From: Phoronis australis
Taxonomy: Eukaryota > Animalia > Phoronida
Direction of reading: 5' to 3'
Assembly: GCA_002633005.1 (NCBI GenBank)
Contig: NMRA01000104.1
Coordinates: 556,841 to 620,840, forward strand
DNA: 64,000 bases
A program made the translations under genes and the position numbers. This document shows positions 10,065 through 23,900 of the stretch, one piece after another; position 1 is the stretch's first letter; every line of letters starts with the position of its first letter. The notes beneath the pieces were generated by a model. The model saw only the letters and a program-made list of their open reading frames with translations, made no database searches and was not told where the DNA came from.

Positions 10065-12608
10065 TCAAGGATAATCCCCATTGCGTGGATTGCTGTCGAG
10101 ACCCGATGGAGCTTGAGTATTTGTCGCAGCTTTGGGCGGGCAGTCATTTGTCGTTTTCGTATGATCCTTAACTCTCGGAAATTCCAACCAACAGCGACAC
10201 GTTGGTTTTGATCTCTTACAACGAATTAAGCGCACTCTTTTGTGCAGTGTTTTACTTAAACCTGTAAATAGAAATGGATAGAAAGATGCACTTGAAAGAG
10301 CCAACAATTTGAGATAATTGTCTATGGCGACATTTGCATTCGTATAGTGCGTGTAGTGGGAGAAATGCGTTAGTTTAAGGAGATCCCACGTGAGACTGGG
10401 CAGCCAGCACGTTATAAACAACAATATCATTGAAATCAACATTTTGATGGCTCGCTTTCGGTTGCGCATTCTCGCTGCGTCGTTTTGGTTCACGTCTCCA
10501 ATTGGTTTTAAGATCCACAGTTTATGGACTATTTTGGCGTGCGCAAGTGTCATCAGAAGAAATGGCACTATGANTTTGGGCGGGCAGTCATTTGTCGTTT
10601 TCGTATGGTCCTTAACTCTCGGAAATTCCAACCAACAGCGACACGTTGGTTTTGAACTCTTACAACGAATTAAGCGCACTCTTTTGTGCAGTGTTTTACT
10701 TAAACCTGTAAATAAAAATGGATAGAAAGATGCACTTGAAAGAGCCAACAATTTGAGATAATTGTCTATGGCGACATTTGCATTCGTATAGTGCGTGTAG
10801 TGGGAGAAATGCGTTAGTTTAAGGAGATCCCACGTGAGACTGGGCAGCCAGCACGTTATAAACAACAATATCATTGAAATCAACATTTTGATGGCTCGCT
10901 TTCGGTTGCGCATTCTCGCTGCGTCGTTTTGGTTCACGTCTCCAATTGGTTTTAAGATCCACAGTTTATGGACTATTTTGGCGTGCGCAAGTGTCATCAG
11001 AAGAAATGGCACTATGAAAACGACAACAAGCCGAACCCAGGTCAGTGCCAAGTAGGAAATGTTAGTAGTCAGATGAGGGATATCCAGAGTCACCTCATTT
11101 ATTACACAGAAAAATTTGTCTTCGTGACTTGGCGTTCTCATTTTTTTCACGTGAGAGCTAATAGCGAAGGGGCAGCTCATAGAAACAGCTGCCAGCCAAA
11201 CGAAAAGCAACACGACAGCAGCTCGGACTGCAGTCACGATGATCCCCTGGCGCAGAGGGTGAATGATGGCTTTATAACGATCGACGGTTAAGCAGCAAAG
11301 AGTTAACGAAGTGACGACAGACGACAAACTGGACACGAAAGCCAACAATTTGCAGCCAAAGGTGGCGAAAACCCATTCGTCGAGGTAGGCATAACCCAGC
11401 GTGAGTGGCATGCAACACACGGTCAACAAAAGATCTCCAACTGATAGAGAGAGTACATAAACGTTGGTCACCGAAACGTAAAACTTGTTTCGTAAAATTA
11501 TGTAAAGCACTGCACCGTTTCCTGACAACGCTACGACGAAGGCAATAGCATAAAGCAAGGCGAGAAGAATCCNTGCATTCGTATAGTGCGTGTAGTGGGA
11601 GAAATGCGTTAGTTTAAGGAGATCCCACGTGAGACTGGGCAGCCAGCACGTTATAAACAACAATATCATTGAAATCAACATTTTGATGGCTCGCTTTCGG
11701 TTGCGCATTCTCGCTGCGTCGTTTTGGTTCACGTCTCCAATTGGTTTTAAGATCCACAGTTTATGGACTATTTTGGCGTGCGCAAGTGTCATCAGAAGAA
11801 ATGGCACTATGAAAACGACAACAAGCCGAACCCAGGTCAGTGCCAAGTAGGAAATGTTAGTAGTCAGATGAGGGATATCCAGAGTCACCTCATTTATTAC
11901 ACAGAAAAATTTGTCTTCGTGACTTGGCGTTCTCATTTTTTTCACGTGAGAGCTAATAGCGAAGGGGCAGCTCATAGAAACAGCTGCCAGCCAAACGAAA
12001 AGCAACACGACAGCAGCTCGGACTGCAGTCACGATGATCCCCTGGCGCAGAGGGTGAATGATGGCTTTATAACGATCGACGGTTAAGCAGCAAAGAGTTA
12101 ACGAAGTGACGACAGACGACAAACTAGACACGAAAGCCAACAATTTGCAGCCAAAGGTGGCGAAGACCCATTCGTCGAGGTAGGCATAACCCAGCGTGAG
12201 TGGCATGCAACACACGGTCAACAAAAGATCTCCAACTGATAGAGAGAGTACGTAAACGTTGGTCACCGAAACGTAAAACTTGTTTCGTAAAATTATGTAA
12301 AGCACTGCACCGTTTCCTGACAACGCTACGACGAAGGCAATAGCATAAAGCAAGGCGAGAAGAATCCGATCCACACCAACATCAGTTTCGTTTGGTCTCG
12401 TCGTTGTAGGTAGTGATGTGGAGCTCGGATGTGTTCCTAAGATTTGAGAGCAGAGATCCTCCCATCCATCAATCGACAAATTCCTACTTCGAATTTCTTC
12501 ACACAAATGTTTTTCAAAATCATTTGGGTCAGTAAACTGGCTGACGTTAATTCTCGAACCATTCATTGCTGTGGCGGCTCTGTTTCTGATAGCACGGTGA
12601 GTGATCAT
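10065..12608 (-). CDS. Intronless rhodopsin-family (class A) GPCR, neuropeptide-receptor-like; true protein ~434 aa after removing two assembly duplications
   Basis: N-terminal glycosylation sequons (NGS, NVS, NLS, NET), TM1 GN, TM2 LSVGD, TM3 C...DRY, TM4 W, ECL2 C, TM5 P, TM6 CWLP. Duplicated segments are offset by 795 and 444 nt at N11573 and N10574. Both offsets are multiples of 3, so the frame is kept and the track shows 847 aa. Confidence 0.9.
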   Translation of the reverse strand: MITHRAIRNRAATAMNGSRINVSQFTDPNDFEKHLCEEIRSRNLSIDGWEDLCSQILGTHPSSTSLPTTTRPNETDVGVDRILLALLYAIAFVVALSGNGAVLYIILRNKFYVSVTNVYVLSLSVGDLLLTVCCMPLTLGYAYLDEWVFATFGCKLLAFVSSLSSVVTSLTLCCLTVDRYKAIIHPLRQGIIVTAVRAAVVLLFVWLAAVSMSCPFAISSHVKKMRTPSHEDKFFCVINEVTLDIPHLTTNISYLALTWVRLVVVFIVPFLLMTLAHAKIVHKLWILKPIGDVNQNDAARMRNRKRAIKMLISMILLFITCWLPSLTWDLLKLTHFSHYTHYTNAXILLALLYAIAFVVALSGNGAVLYIILRNKFYVSVTNVYVLSLSVGDLLLTVCCMPLTLGYAYLDEWVFATFGCKLLAFVSSLSSVVTSLTLCCLTVDRYKAIIHPLRQGIIVTAVRAAVVLLFVWLAAVSMSCPFAISSHVKKMRTPSHEDKFFCVINEVTLDIPHLTTNISYLALTWVRLVVVFIVPFLLMTLAHAKIVHKLWILKPIGDVNQNDAARMRNRKRAIKMLISMILLFITCWLPSLTWDLLKLTHFSHYTHYTNANVAIDNYLKLLALSSASFYPFLFTGLSKTLHKRVRLIRCKSSKPTCRCWLEFPRVKDHTKTTNDCPPKXIVPFLLMTLAHAKIVHKLWILKPIGDVNQNDAARMRNRKRAIKMLISMILLFITCWLPSLTWDLLKLTHFSHYTHYTNANVAIDNYLKLLALSSASFYPFLFTGLSKTLHKRVRLIRCKRSKPTCRCWLEFPRVKDHTKTTNDCPPKAATNTQAPSGLDSNPRNGDYP

Positions 12609-15600
12609 TACTCCTTGTGACCAGCTACTCTGGTTGATGTGAAGTTGTCAAATAACGTCCGCGGTGTTATTACTTTTATCATACGCAAAAACAACTGGCG
12701 TTGATTTCAATGTCAACATAATCAGGGACTACATCCATGCTAATTGAAGGCTTTCTCGGGGGGAAGACCCTGCTCTTTTTTAACTCATTTCCATGTTTGC
12801 CAATGGTTGCAAAAATATCGAGAAAAAATATTTGAATTGTTTAAGGTAAATTCATAATCAGTCTTATGATTTCTGCATTGCTTGACAACATTAAATCATT
12901 TTTATAAAAATTACTTCATACGCTGTACCTGGGAAAATTAACGCTAGAATTATTAATTCATTTATTACCTTTTGATGCCTTTAAATTTCAGCAACTACAA
13001 TAAAACTCGCAGAAGTCGGACATGCCTAAGTTGTGCCTACTCGCACTAAGTTCCACGATATGGTTGTTCTGGAGTTCGAGTTCGGCCCTTCAAATAAGCT
13101 AGATTTCGGCTTGCTCGGATGAAACCTCTTGGACCGGTTGGATCCGATTTATTTTCCACTGTGTTTTCAAATAGTTTTAAAACCGTGACTTAATTTTCAC
13201 TCTTTTCACAAGAATGGGTCGTTTTTCGATCCGTCTCTGTTTTACATCAGATTGTCTTTGATCTGCCCTAAATTTACGACACTCTTCCGGGTTACCGCCC
13301 ATGCTCGGCTTACCGCCCACCCCTGTTTTTAGATTCCAAGCTTAAGCATCCTGGGCACCCTCACGACTACAGTAAATTTGAAAAACTCCCCCGGGATCCA
13401 ATATTAAATTTCAAGCCATATGGCGAGCTAATTAGAATGCTTGATAACACTCTGATGACGTAAGTTCTTATCAAAAACAAACACATCACGGACACAGAAA
13501 CCGTTCAGTGGTTGGAGTGATTATAGAGTCCCACGCCTACTTTGTAATTTCCGGGGGTTCTCCCATTGATTGCACGGAAAAGCCTGGAAGCGGTAGTCAT
13601 CTTGTGCAGTTGAAAAAATAACTGGCTCAGCGAAAAAACTTCGGTAGCAATGAAAGTTCATTCTCCAAAAATTCCATAGATAGCAAAAAATAAATCATAT
13701 AGTCCCGTCAAACTTTACTGTATTAGAAAATGTTAATACTAGGGCTTTTATTGGCTCAATTTCACAGTTTTGAATTAATGAAAAATTTCTTACGCCATCT
13801 GCTTTTGCTCTTAATGTTCAAGAGATTTAGCAAATTTAGATATGATTTATACATGTATGAGTTCATTAACGAATTTCTGACAATTTGATATACACTGTAT
13901 ACATGTATCTTAAAACCAATGTTTTGTTTTATTTTTGGTGAAGAACCCTTTGTTTTAATGTGACGTTCTTTTATTACGAAAATTAAACACAACATCATGC
14001 ACCCAGGAGCTCATTGGTGGTTTCAACAGGATGATTCATCGCCGCTGACTTGATATATTCGAGTAAAATTAAAGTAGACGATTTTGATTTGATCGATCAT
14101 TGTTCTGCGGTGAGAGAAAATGTTTCCAAGAAAAGAAACTCGATAAAAGCTAATCCAAAAATAGATGGTTCACAGAGAGCTAGCCTCAATTTGAAATCTT
14201 TTAAGATGTGTTTAAGTCTCTTTTGTGACCGAAGTGATAAATTCACAAAATCAGCTCTCACACATTTGTATCAACATTTTTTCTTGGTCTTGATTTTTGG
14301 TTTCTACCGTCAAAATGAATTGAAGGGTTGTTTGGCATTAATTTGAAACTTTCTATTTTGGAGGTGTTGGCCAAACTCGTCAAACACAATGATTTTATAC
14401 TCTTTTTACTTCCTGAGGTCGTGAATGATGTGATCGAGAATGAAGATCAATTATTATCGTTGTGAGGAAGGTTTGAGACATGGTTTGTGAATTTGAGTGC
14501 CATGTTATTGTATTTTTGGCCGCGAGTATACAGGAAATGGTCCTTCAGGCACGGTAGTATTGTAGAGTGTGAACTTGGAATTCTAAGTGCTAAGTTCTCC
14601 CGCGTGATCTTTAGATTGAGCAAACATTCGCGACCTTTATTGTGTAAACTATAAAAATGTTCACCGAGTGCACAGCACACGGCAAAATTGAGTTTGTTTT
14701 TAGTAAGTGTTTTTGTTTTAGTTATTTTTATTATCCGTTTTGTATGTTGTTTTGGACTTCCCAAATAACAACAAACTTAATGGAGAAGGGTTTGTTAAAG
14801 GGAAATTAAATATGTGGTATGTGTTCTCACTTCGCATTTTTACTCGTTACACTTTAATCTTAAAGGCTTCTAGTCCGAGTTTCAACTAAAAAATTAGCCC
14901 TTTTAACGCCGTTTTAGCCAGTCTTTTTGTGCGACATAATGTTAGGGAAGTTATTAATTTTCAACGCTTGCAAAAATTGCCAAAACACGTTTTTAACGGT
15001 AGGTACAAGTGAAAGACGTCCGTGAAATTAACTGAAAAAGCAAACACTGCAATAATACATTCGCAGCCAAAGAATCCATGGGTCAAAGGACGTGAACAGT
15101 GTGGAAATATTTTTTCACATCTGCGGCTGTTTCTCCTAAAATTCTTGCAAGATCTTTTTAAAATTTGGCAATTGTATTAATTCCTATTTACTTCACAACA
15201 GGTGGATTGGTTTAACTACAGCCGTGCCTCCAAATGGCAATTTGCTTCATTACGTTTCCCTCTGTTATCTTTGGAGTTCTTGACTGATATCCGTGAAATT
15301 TGGCAAACAGTTTCGTATTAAAGCCCCAGCAAAGCCTTCCCATTTCCTGGCCATCTTTATGATACTAATAAACACCCTTAGAAGCTTACCGTTTGCTGTG
15401 TAGTCGTGGGCGTATTTCAACGCTTCACGGGTTGCTTTTGTTAGTAAGGGTTAGTAAATAGGAAAAGGTATCATATACCAAAACAAGGGCATCAATAAAA
15501 CACTCAAATTTTCAATATTCTTAAAATATTTCGTCTCAGTTTGGTGATTTTTAATGAAAATCGTGATTTTATTGCCGGGCCTGCAAAAGTGAACACTTCA

Positions 15601-17931
15601 AAAATAATTCCTGTGAGTAGTTTGGAGAACAGTGTTAAAAGCAAGGGCATTTGAAAGCTCCATATAAAACTTATCATATATTTTTGGGATATAAAGTTCC
15701 AAAGTTAGTCAAACTGGGGCATTTTTCTAGGTCCTACGTAACCTTAACGCGCGGAATCCTGACGCTTTCATCGATGCCAGTGGACAAAAGATGTTCGCGC
15801 TTAGTGGACCACTAACGCAAATGGCATCAGTCGGAAAGGTAAAAATAACCCGGAAGTTGCCTCTTTCCACAACAGGTCGTTTACCACGTAAGCCAACATT
15901 GCGCCAGCCGACTAAAGCGACGTCTTTCGTGAAAATGACAACAGGTTTGTACTTGTATGCCGTCAGCGAAATTTGACTTGCACTTTTTCACTTGGAAAAG
16001 CGAGGTGAACAATCTCTTTCTAGTGCCCGTCTTTATTCATGCGCAATGTTTCAAACTTGGTAGAAATTATTCAAATATTGTACACATGTCCACCCTGGAG
16101 AGAATTTCCTTGCTCGAATTTCAACTCAGTGGATTAACAGCTGCGAGGAATTGACGTTGTTTACATCCGGATTGTGAGGGTATGAAAAAATCTTATACAG
16201 AAAATCCAATTGCTGTGAAATTCAAGTCTTATAGGTCCGCGCAGTGGCACGCGTCTGACTATTCTAGCATTAGCAAATATATTTGTTAACATGCGTGCAC
16301 CCGAGGGTTAGGGCTCGAACGAGTCCCCCATTTGGCGAAGTGGGGCAAAAAGGTCCGTTCCAGATAAACAAAAACTCCGAAAAAAGTAGAAAACGAGACA
16401 AAAGTCCTCTAAACAGACTGGAACTGCCAAACTTCGATGAACGCACAATTCGTAGCTCTGAACGTACCCGTGAATCTTAGCAAAAGAGAGCCCCCTTAGG
16501 CTAGGTGCGGCATTGTTAAGAATAATAAACTACCCGTTTCTCATGCATGTTAAGCGCAGAGGTCCATGGTAATTTATTTCGTCAGACTAGCTCACACACG
16601 TATAGGTTTTAGAAGTTTAGTGTCAATAATCCTGTATCTGAATCGAGTCCCTGTTCCCGAACCTGGTACAGGAAGGTAGACATTGTTGCATTTGCAAAAA
16701 AATATCACAGCTGTATCGAAAAACAAACGCAAACATTGAAGTTTTTGAAGACCGTGTGGTCATATCGGCAGACAGCAGAATTTATCTTTTCTTATTGGGT
16801 ACATGTTGTCAGATACGAAACACTGTGCTAGGATTACAAATCACGTACACGTGCAACGCCGTTAAGCGAATGCTGCCTTTCAGGAATCGACTGTGGCCAA
16901 TTTGGTAGGCTACAGGAAGGTATTTCGAGTGCAATCGAATTCAATAGCAAAGAATAATTCAGGATTTGGTCTGCTTATAACTCCCACTAAAATGAAAAAT
17001 TAGGTTTGATGACAGTTGTGTAGGGTAAATAAAGAAGTTATTGCATCAACAGCAACTTTGGTAGAGTCTGCTAAAGGGGAGTCATCTGGCTCCGGCCTCC
17101 ATGTCGGCTTCAAACTTAAATGGTATTTCACTGTTGAACTATGGTCCCATCTTATCTTACACACCCCTTTTCCTGAATTCGGACCGGTGCATTAACTCTT
17201 TTGTCCTGGGCTACATAACGCTTATTCTCAGCCTTCTTATTGGTCATTGTTATCAGGTGCCTTGAGTCTGGTCAGATCCCAGCTCTTGCCAAAAATGTTT
17301 GTAAAGCATGATAAAAAATGTGAAATTAACAAACGGAAGGGCTTTATTTTTGGTTTCTTTTAAGCTGAACACTTAGGTAAGAACTAAGTTGCAACTGCAT
17401 GTGCCGTTCTTTTAATAGGCACGTTTTTGCCTCACAGTATACATCTGATACTTGATAAAAAAATTATGGACAACAGATTCAAATTGCATTTAAATTAATC
17501 ATGTCCAAACTTTACAACTCTCTAAGCATACACATTAACTATATACAGTTCTTTTTGCACCATCCCATGTAATAAACGAACGCATAAGTGGGTGTTCAGT
17601 TTTAACAAAAGGATAAAGAAACACCAATGCAGCCGATCTGAAGGGCACTATTTCTTCAAAATAACAAATATAGAGTTCGATCAATCAACATTAACAAGAT
17701 ACTGATGTACGAATGACAGCATCACAACACAATATAATAAAATACAATAAAATACAATTCTCTGTACAGCGTCACAGACCTAAAGGTATTGCCAAGGTAT
17801 TCAGAACAATTGATACTCTTGGAATCTGAAATCAAAAATACCAGTTACCACTTTTATGAAACTTCTAGACCCCAAAGAGAACTGGTCAAGGGTGTGTAAG
17901 ACTTTGTACAGCTTCTAGAAATAGGAGCACA

Positions 17932-20900
17932 TTATAACTCCTCCTTTTTGTCTGTTTCTAAAGGCTCTAGTTCAACGTCATCTAGGTCAAAATCCTCTTC
18001 AACAGGCATCTGAAACAAACAAAACATATTCTAAAACTAAGTACACTTACACCCTAAAACATTCTTCCGTATCATTCCTTCACAGGGCATCAATAACGCT
18101 GCATATCTTTAACATTAGACCTCCCCAGCTGATACCCCTAGTAAGAAAATAGTATCCTAATAACTGTATTTTGGAAGTATTCTATGCTTAGCCAATTATT
18201 TATATGGTAGCAGTTTTTGAACAGGTTTTCAGAATGCAACACCGTAAAGATACCAGTGTAGACTCCAAGACACCCCGAGTGCAAAAAATTAAGTTCTATT
18301 TTTGGTTCCACGGTGGTCACAAAATGGTTGTAATCATTAAGCTTGATCTACAAAAGCAACCAGGCAATCGGAAGAAACTGGCCTCTCCAATAAGTCAGCC
18401 TACAATTTTAATCCAATAGAACTACAAGAAAATGGATCCAACCGTGCTGAAAAGATTTTCTCTGAGTAAGACAAACTCGGATCTGACATTACGGGTAGAA
18501 GAGCCAGAATAACTGAGCCATTGAAGCCAAATCCGACTTGAACATGCACAACTTAGGCATGTTTGTCGGACAATGACACTGGTTAATGGCTCCTCCAAAA
18601 CACCTTCATGTCAAAAGTGTTATTTCCTTCCACAAGCAACTTGCCTGTCAAAGGAAGTGGTATCGGATAAAACATTGCTTTGGACTGAAATTACTACATT
18701 GACTAAGAAGGTTGAAAGATGTCATTCGAGACACGGTGTTAACATAAAATACCAGGTATTAATTTATTTGGTTTCTAAAGCACAGGCAAAATAGTGAGAA
18801 ATGAATGGAGTGTATGAAGTACTACAGCCAGATACACAATCAATATCCATCAAAAATGACTGTCACATTCAAGAAAAACCGATATGAACTAAATATATAA
18901 TTATTACAAAGATCCACACATAATGCCTCTTGCATTTTTGGGGTTTATTTTCTTCCGTCCAATTATTTTGGGAAATAACCTGCAAAAATAAATAATTTAT
19001 ACCTCCCCATCTTTGCCATCCCACGCCTCTGTTTCAACGACTTTTGGCAGCTCAGCATTCTTAATGGGTGCCGTAGATCCTCTGCCAAATGACAATTCCC
19101 TGAAACATAAAAGAGACAGTACGAAAAACAAATCACTACAAGCGTATTCATTTGCCATAAAAACTAAAATTTTCAGATTTAATCCAAGTCCCAATAGACT
19201 ACAATCTGCCATGCAAAGATTTAAACTTGTGTCAATTTATTCACAACCAGCAAACTGTGTGATAAACAAACATCAAAACAACATCAAAAAAATGCTGTTT
19301 CCTTTATACTGTGCCCACGCTAGATTGACCAGGTCTTCCCATAATGAGGATTTGTATTTTGCTAAAGGTCAAAAACTAAATAATGTTAGCTGCAAGTGAC
19401 AAAGGGAACTAAACATCAAAATGAAGCCAGATGTCACAATCTATTGCGCAAACCCCAAAACACCTGCTATATTTCAAGGGGTTTTCATAGTTATCATGCA
19501 AATGTACTTCTTGCAAAGTTCTGTACATCAGACTGGACCTTATTAGAAATCAGCGCTTTGCTCAATTTTTCACTTGGCAGACTTTTCTAGCATAAACAAA
19601 ATTAATGATCATCACATTTATTAGCTGGAAACATACACTTACCTGAGGAAATCGTGAACACCCGAGGCACTGAATGAGCCCTTCATAAGAGCATACTTCA
19701 TTTTGCGGGTATTTACAGCAGCCAAAGCAGGATAGCCAAAGCCCCCAATACCGAGGCTTTCTTCAACAGCTGGCTGGGACATGGCCTCAGCCCACAGCCA
19801 ACTGAAACAGATAGAACAAATCCCTTTAGTCTTACGCTTTCTTGAATGTACACAAAAAATTGTTAAAGTAAATCATGCATGGTTGAGTGAAGAGATTACC
19901 ATCAAAGTTTATCGTTCTACCATTTATTAAAACTAACTTGTCTACGATTAAATGTCAAACATTTATTAAATGTTATCACAGTTAAGTACCCAGGCATTCA
20001 GTGACCTTTAGCAGGATGCATTTTATCACGTACTCTGAAGAATCCCTTACCCCCACTGGTTCTTTTTAAAGAGTTCTCCCTCCTTCTTCATAATGGCAAG
20101 ATAGTCATTCCTACACTGAGACTGACAGTCAAGAATGTGTGGCAGGATGGCTATGATACACAGTTGATGGCCCTCACAGTTGTCCTTCAGCACTTGTTCA
20201 CTAGTGATCTGTAACAGCAACCATTCCCATACTGTCGATCATCAACACGAATAAATCTTATCACAATGCACTGACAGTAAGCGTGACACACTCTGCATAT
20301 CATCAAGGAAAGAGATACCATCAAAACTGCATACCTGGTATGTTTCAGGTGGTGGCACATTTTCAGCCAGCTTTTCTTTGGCAAAGTTAATGATATCGGA
20401 TGCAGTCCTGCCACCCTCATAGTCAGTGGCCTCACCATTCTGGAACATCTTTATGGTTGGATAGCCCCTCACCTAGAAAAGACGCAACTAGTTATCCAAA
20501 GCTCAACCACACGTAAACATAAAGTTGCTTCCAAGTTACTTGTTCTTGTGCAAGTACTAGTGTAAATATGAGTTATTCTGCACACATGGTTTGTTCCACT
20601 TGGAGACATAACGCAGTTGTTTCAAAGCAACTGAATTTTAACCTAGGTTGCAATCTTAACCCACATCTACAGGTCATCAACAGATGTAGACTTGAGTTGC
20701 AGTCTTACCCCATATCTACTGGCCATCAACAGATGTACACATGAGTTGCAGTCTTACCCCATATCTACTGGCCATAACTGAATGTACAGTAGCATCAAGT
20801 GCACCAAACTTGACTTTATCTTTCATCTCTGTAGCTGCCTTGGCCCACTCCGGGGCCAGGTTCTTACAGTGGCCACACCACGGTGCAAAGAACTCCACCA

Positions 20901-23900
20901 TCCAAAGGTCCTTGCTCTTCAACACTTCCTCTTCAAAGTTACTATCAGTCAACTCAACCACATCCTTGGGATCACCAGCCTGTATAACAGTATATTGTAC
21001 AAATTAGCAAATGCTTCTACTGTAAGTAGATTGACTAGATTGAGTACATCTAAAATTACTCGAACAAATATGGTCTTGTAAGGTTTAAAGGATATACTAG
21101 GTTTTATTCATATTTCAATTTTCTACTTCTAGAAATATTTGGTATATTATTACAGGGATGTTCTTGACCAGTTTGAACCTGAGCCCTTGGGTGCACCCTC
21201 CTGTTGATGAAAAGTGTCAGCGCCTTTTTTTAAAAAACTTGTGCTCACAAGACTAGTGAGTAGAAGTAAAGTCATGGATAGGTAATCAATCAGCTTTAAG
21301 GGAAGTTTTGGGGCTGACTGCTTGAGCCCCAAGAATGCTAGATTACAGGATATGGAATCATAGGCCATAGTCCCAACTCTCCTATCTTTTATGTATGTGA
21401 CTACTTCAGGGGGCAATGGGAACTTTGGATCAAACCCTTCTTCAGATGTTCAAAAGTCATTTTCAGCAGAGTTCCCAAGAATACACTTGTACATTCAATA
21501 AGAACCTTAGTTCAAAAGTTGTAAAAAACCCTCAAATATTTTGTTCAGCCACTAGGCGTCAGCACAGTATGAACAGAACATCCCATGAAATTACAAGCAA
21601 GTATGTAGTGAATTGAAGTACAGCCCCTGATAGATAGCCAATCAGCTTTAATGAGACTTATGGGTTGACTGCTTAGTTGAACTGGAAGAAGGACACAAGA
21701 ATGCCAGGTTTCAGGTGGTGGAATCACTGGTAGCAGGAACAGTGGTTGCCACATCACCGACACTAACACTTGCAGGATCACTCCTGTGGGGTTGAGGATC
21801 ACTAGCTAGGTTACCGTTCACTGTCAGTGGTGTCTGTCGGCGTCCGGGAATATCCCAGTTACTGCTACGAAAGTGTAGCAGAAGACTAACCTTAACAATA
21901 CTACAGCATGTTTGCTCAACTCATCACACTTTTTGAAACAAAACAACGTTAATAATGAATTTTGAGCAAAGCACTGAACTGTATGGGTTTGAAATAGTAA
22001 CAGATTGTTGGTGAATAATTAGAGAGCACGACTGGACCAGTACTCACCTTGCTCCCTCCGCTGCCTCCACTACTACCGCCACTGGACCGTCCACCACCAC
22101 CACCACCAGACAGTCGACTCTTCACCAGATCTTGCACCGCTTTCATACCAGCGTCGACTATACCACTAGCTGACCTGGCTCCTGTAGGCAAGACATTTAC
22201 AACATTATTGACACAATTGACTTATTACTGCTTCAACAGTGAGTTTCACAATTATAACCATTTCATTAAAATGTGCATTTCACAATTATAACCATCTCAT
22301 CAAAATGTGCAGCAAAATAACAAAATCGCGTCAACACATGTTAATGTCGAGACAGTTTAGCCCTATAACGGATAAATGATAATGCATTCCTTACCATTGT
22401 AATCTTGAGGAGAGTTCTTGTTCGCACCAAAGATCTTGATGGTTGGAAATCCACGGATGCCATAAGGTGAACCAACTGCCTGGTGGACATCCATGTCTAC
22501 AGCACCAACCTTGACAACACCCTGATAACAGAAACAGTAGTGTGATAGCTTAATATATCTAAACTACATACAGAAAGGAGGTAATTAACAATAAACTGGA
22601 GCAAAAATCTGGTTAAGTACACAAATTCAAAGACTTTTACTGACCTCTGATTCTGCGACATAATTTGTAAGAAAAGCAAACACTTGAGGTCCCGCGACCA
22701 CCAAATTTTACCCAGTCCTTAAACTAATGCAAAATTAAACTTAACCAGAAGTAATCAAAATCTTGAGTAATTCTCACATTTCCAGGTTGTACTCAAGAAA
22801 CCGTGACCAATAATTCCTTTAGTAAAATCTTGAGTACACTAGGGGAAAATAACTCCAAAATTCCCAATGCGAAGCAAACTTGAAAAAGGTCGCAATTTCG
22901 GATACCCTATTGTAAACTGTAACTAAGATATTAGTGTGAGTAACTAAAATTTGAAGGACATATCCTGCACTTTTTCATATAAAAATTTGCAAACAAATCT
23001 CCTTTATAGTAAAACTTCAAATTCCTTGACTTGGCTGTAAAGAGCTCTAGCTCTCAAATTGTACTTAAATTTTATTTTTCACGTTTTATTGCACCAAAAA
23101 CATCCATAGCATCTCGACAATAGTTCTCAAGTCACAAGTACATCTTGAGGGTACTTCAGTGAAGTTTGGTGGTCACCATTTCTCGAGTATTACCTTAGTA
23201 AGCAGTTTGGAGTAAAGCCATTGAGTAATTTTGGTGGTAACAGACCCACGGGCTGATTTAAGATTTGCATTTTGCTGTCTGCACACAAAAGACGAAGTTG
23301 ACATTGTGTGTACAGGTGTGTGTTCATTACCTTGAGAGCTGTGGCTGCCTTCTTCCACTCAGGTGCCAGGTTCCGGCAATGGCCACACCTGAAACATTAC
23401 ATATCCAGTATTGATGGGTTTTTTAACTACAGAGTGCAAATTTATGCAGATTGCTCTGAACAACAAATTGTTCTACAAATGTATAAATGACATCACAAAC
23501 ATCTCAGGATCAAGTGCTTCGTTATCTACAGAACTGCGTACACTAGGGTGATAGTCATCCAACTAATAATTGGTCATTGTTTGCAACGCATATAGAGATG
23601 GAAAGCCAACAGCTGACAACAGTGGGTAACATGTGACCTCTCGAAATAGCTTAACTTCACCAAAATTGGTTAGTAAAATCTCTATGGGCCTACCATGGGG
23701 CATAAAACTCCACAAGCCAGATGTCATCACTCCGTTTCACCAGACTGTCAAAGTTAGATCCTGTCAGTTCAATAACATCATCAGACGGGCTGTATAGTGC
23801 TGAAGACAGCACAACAAGGCAGGAAACAACTAAAACATCAAAACAGAGAAATAACAACACGTGTCACAATATCTGGTACTTTAAATAATTGAGAGGTTAG

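Noticed and set aside
10065-12608. Novel tandem multi-domain (14+ TM) GPCR
   Set aside because: Repeat junctions coincide exactly with single-N contig joins and the copies are nearly identical, so this is an assembly artefact.
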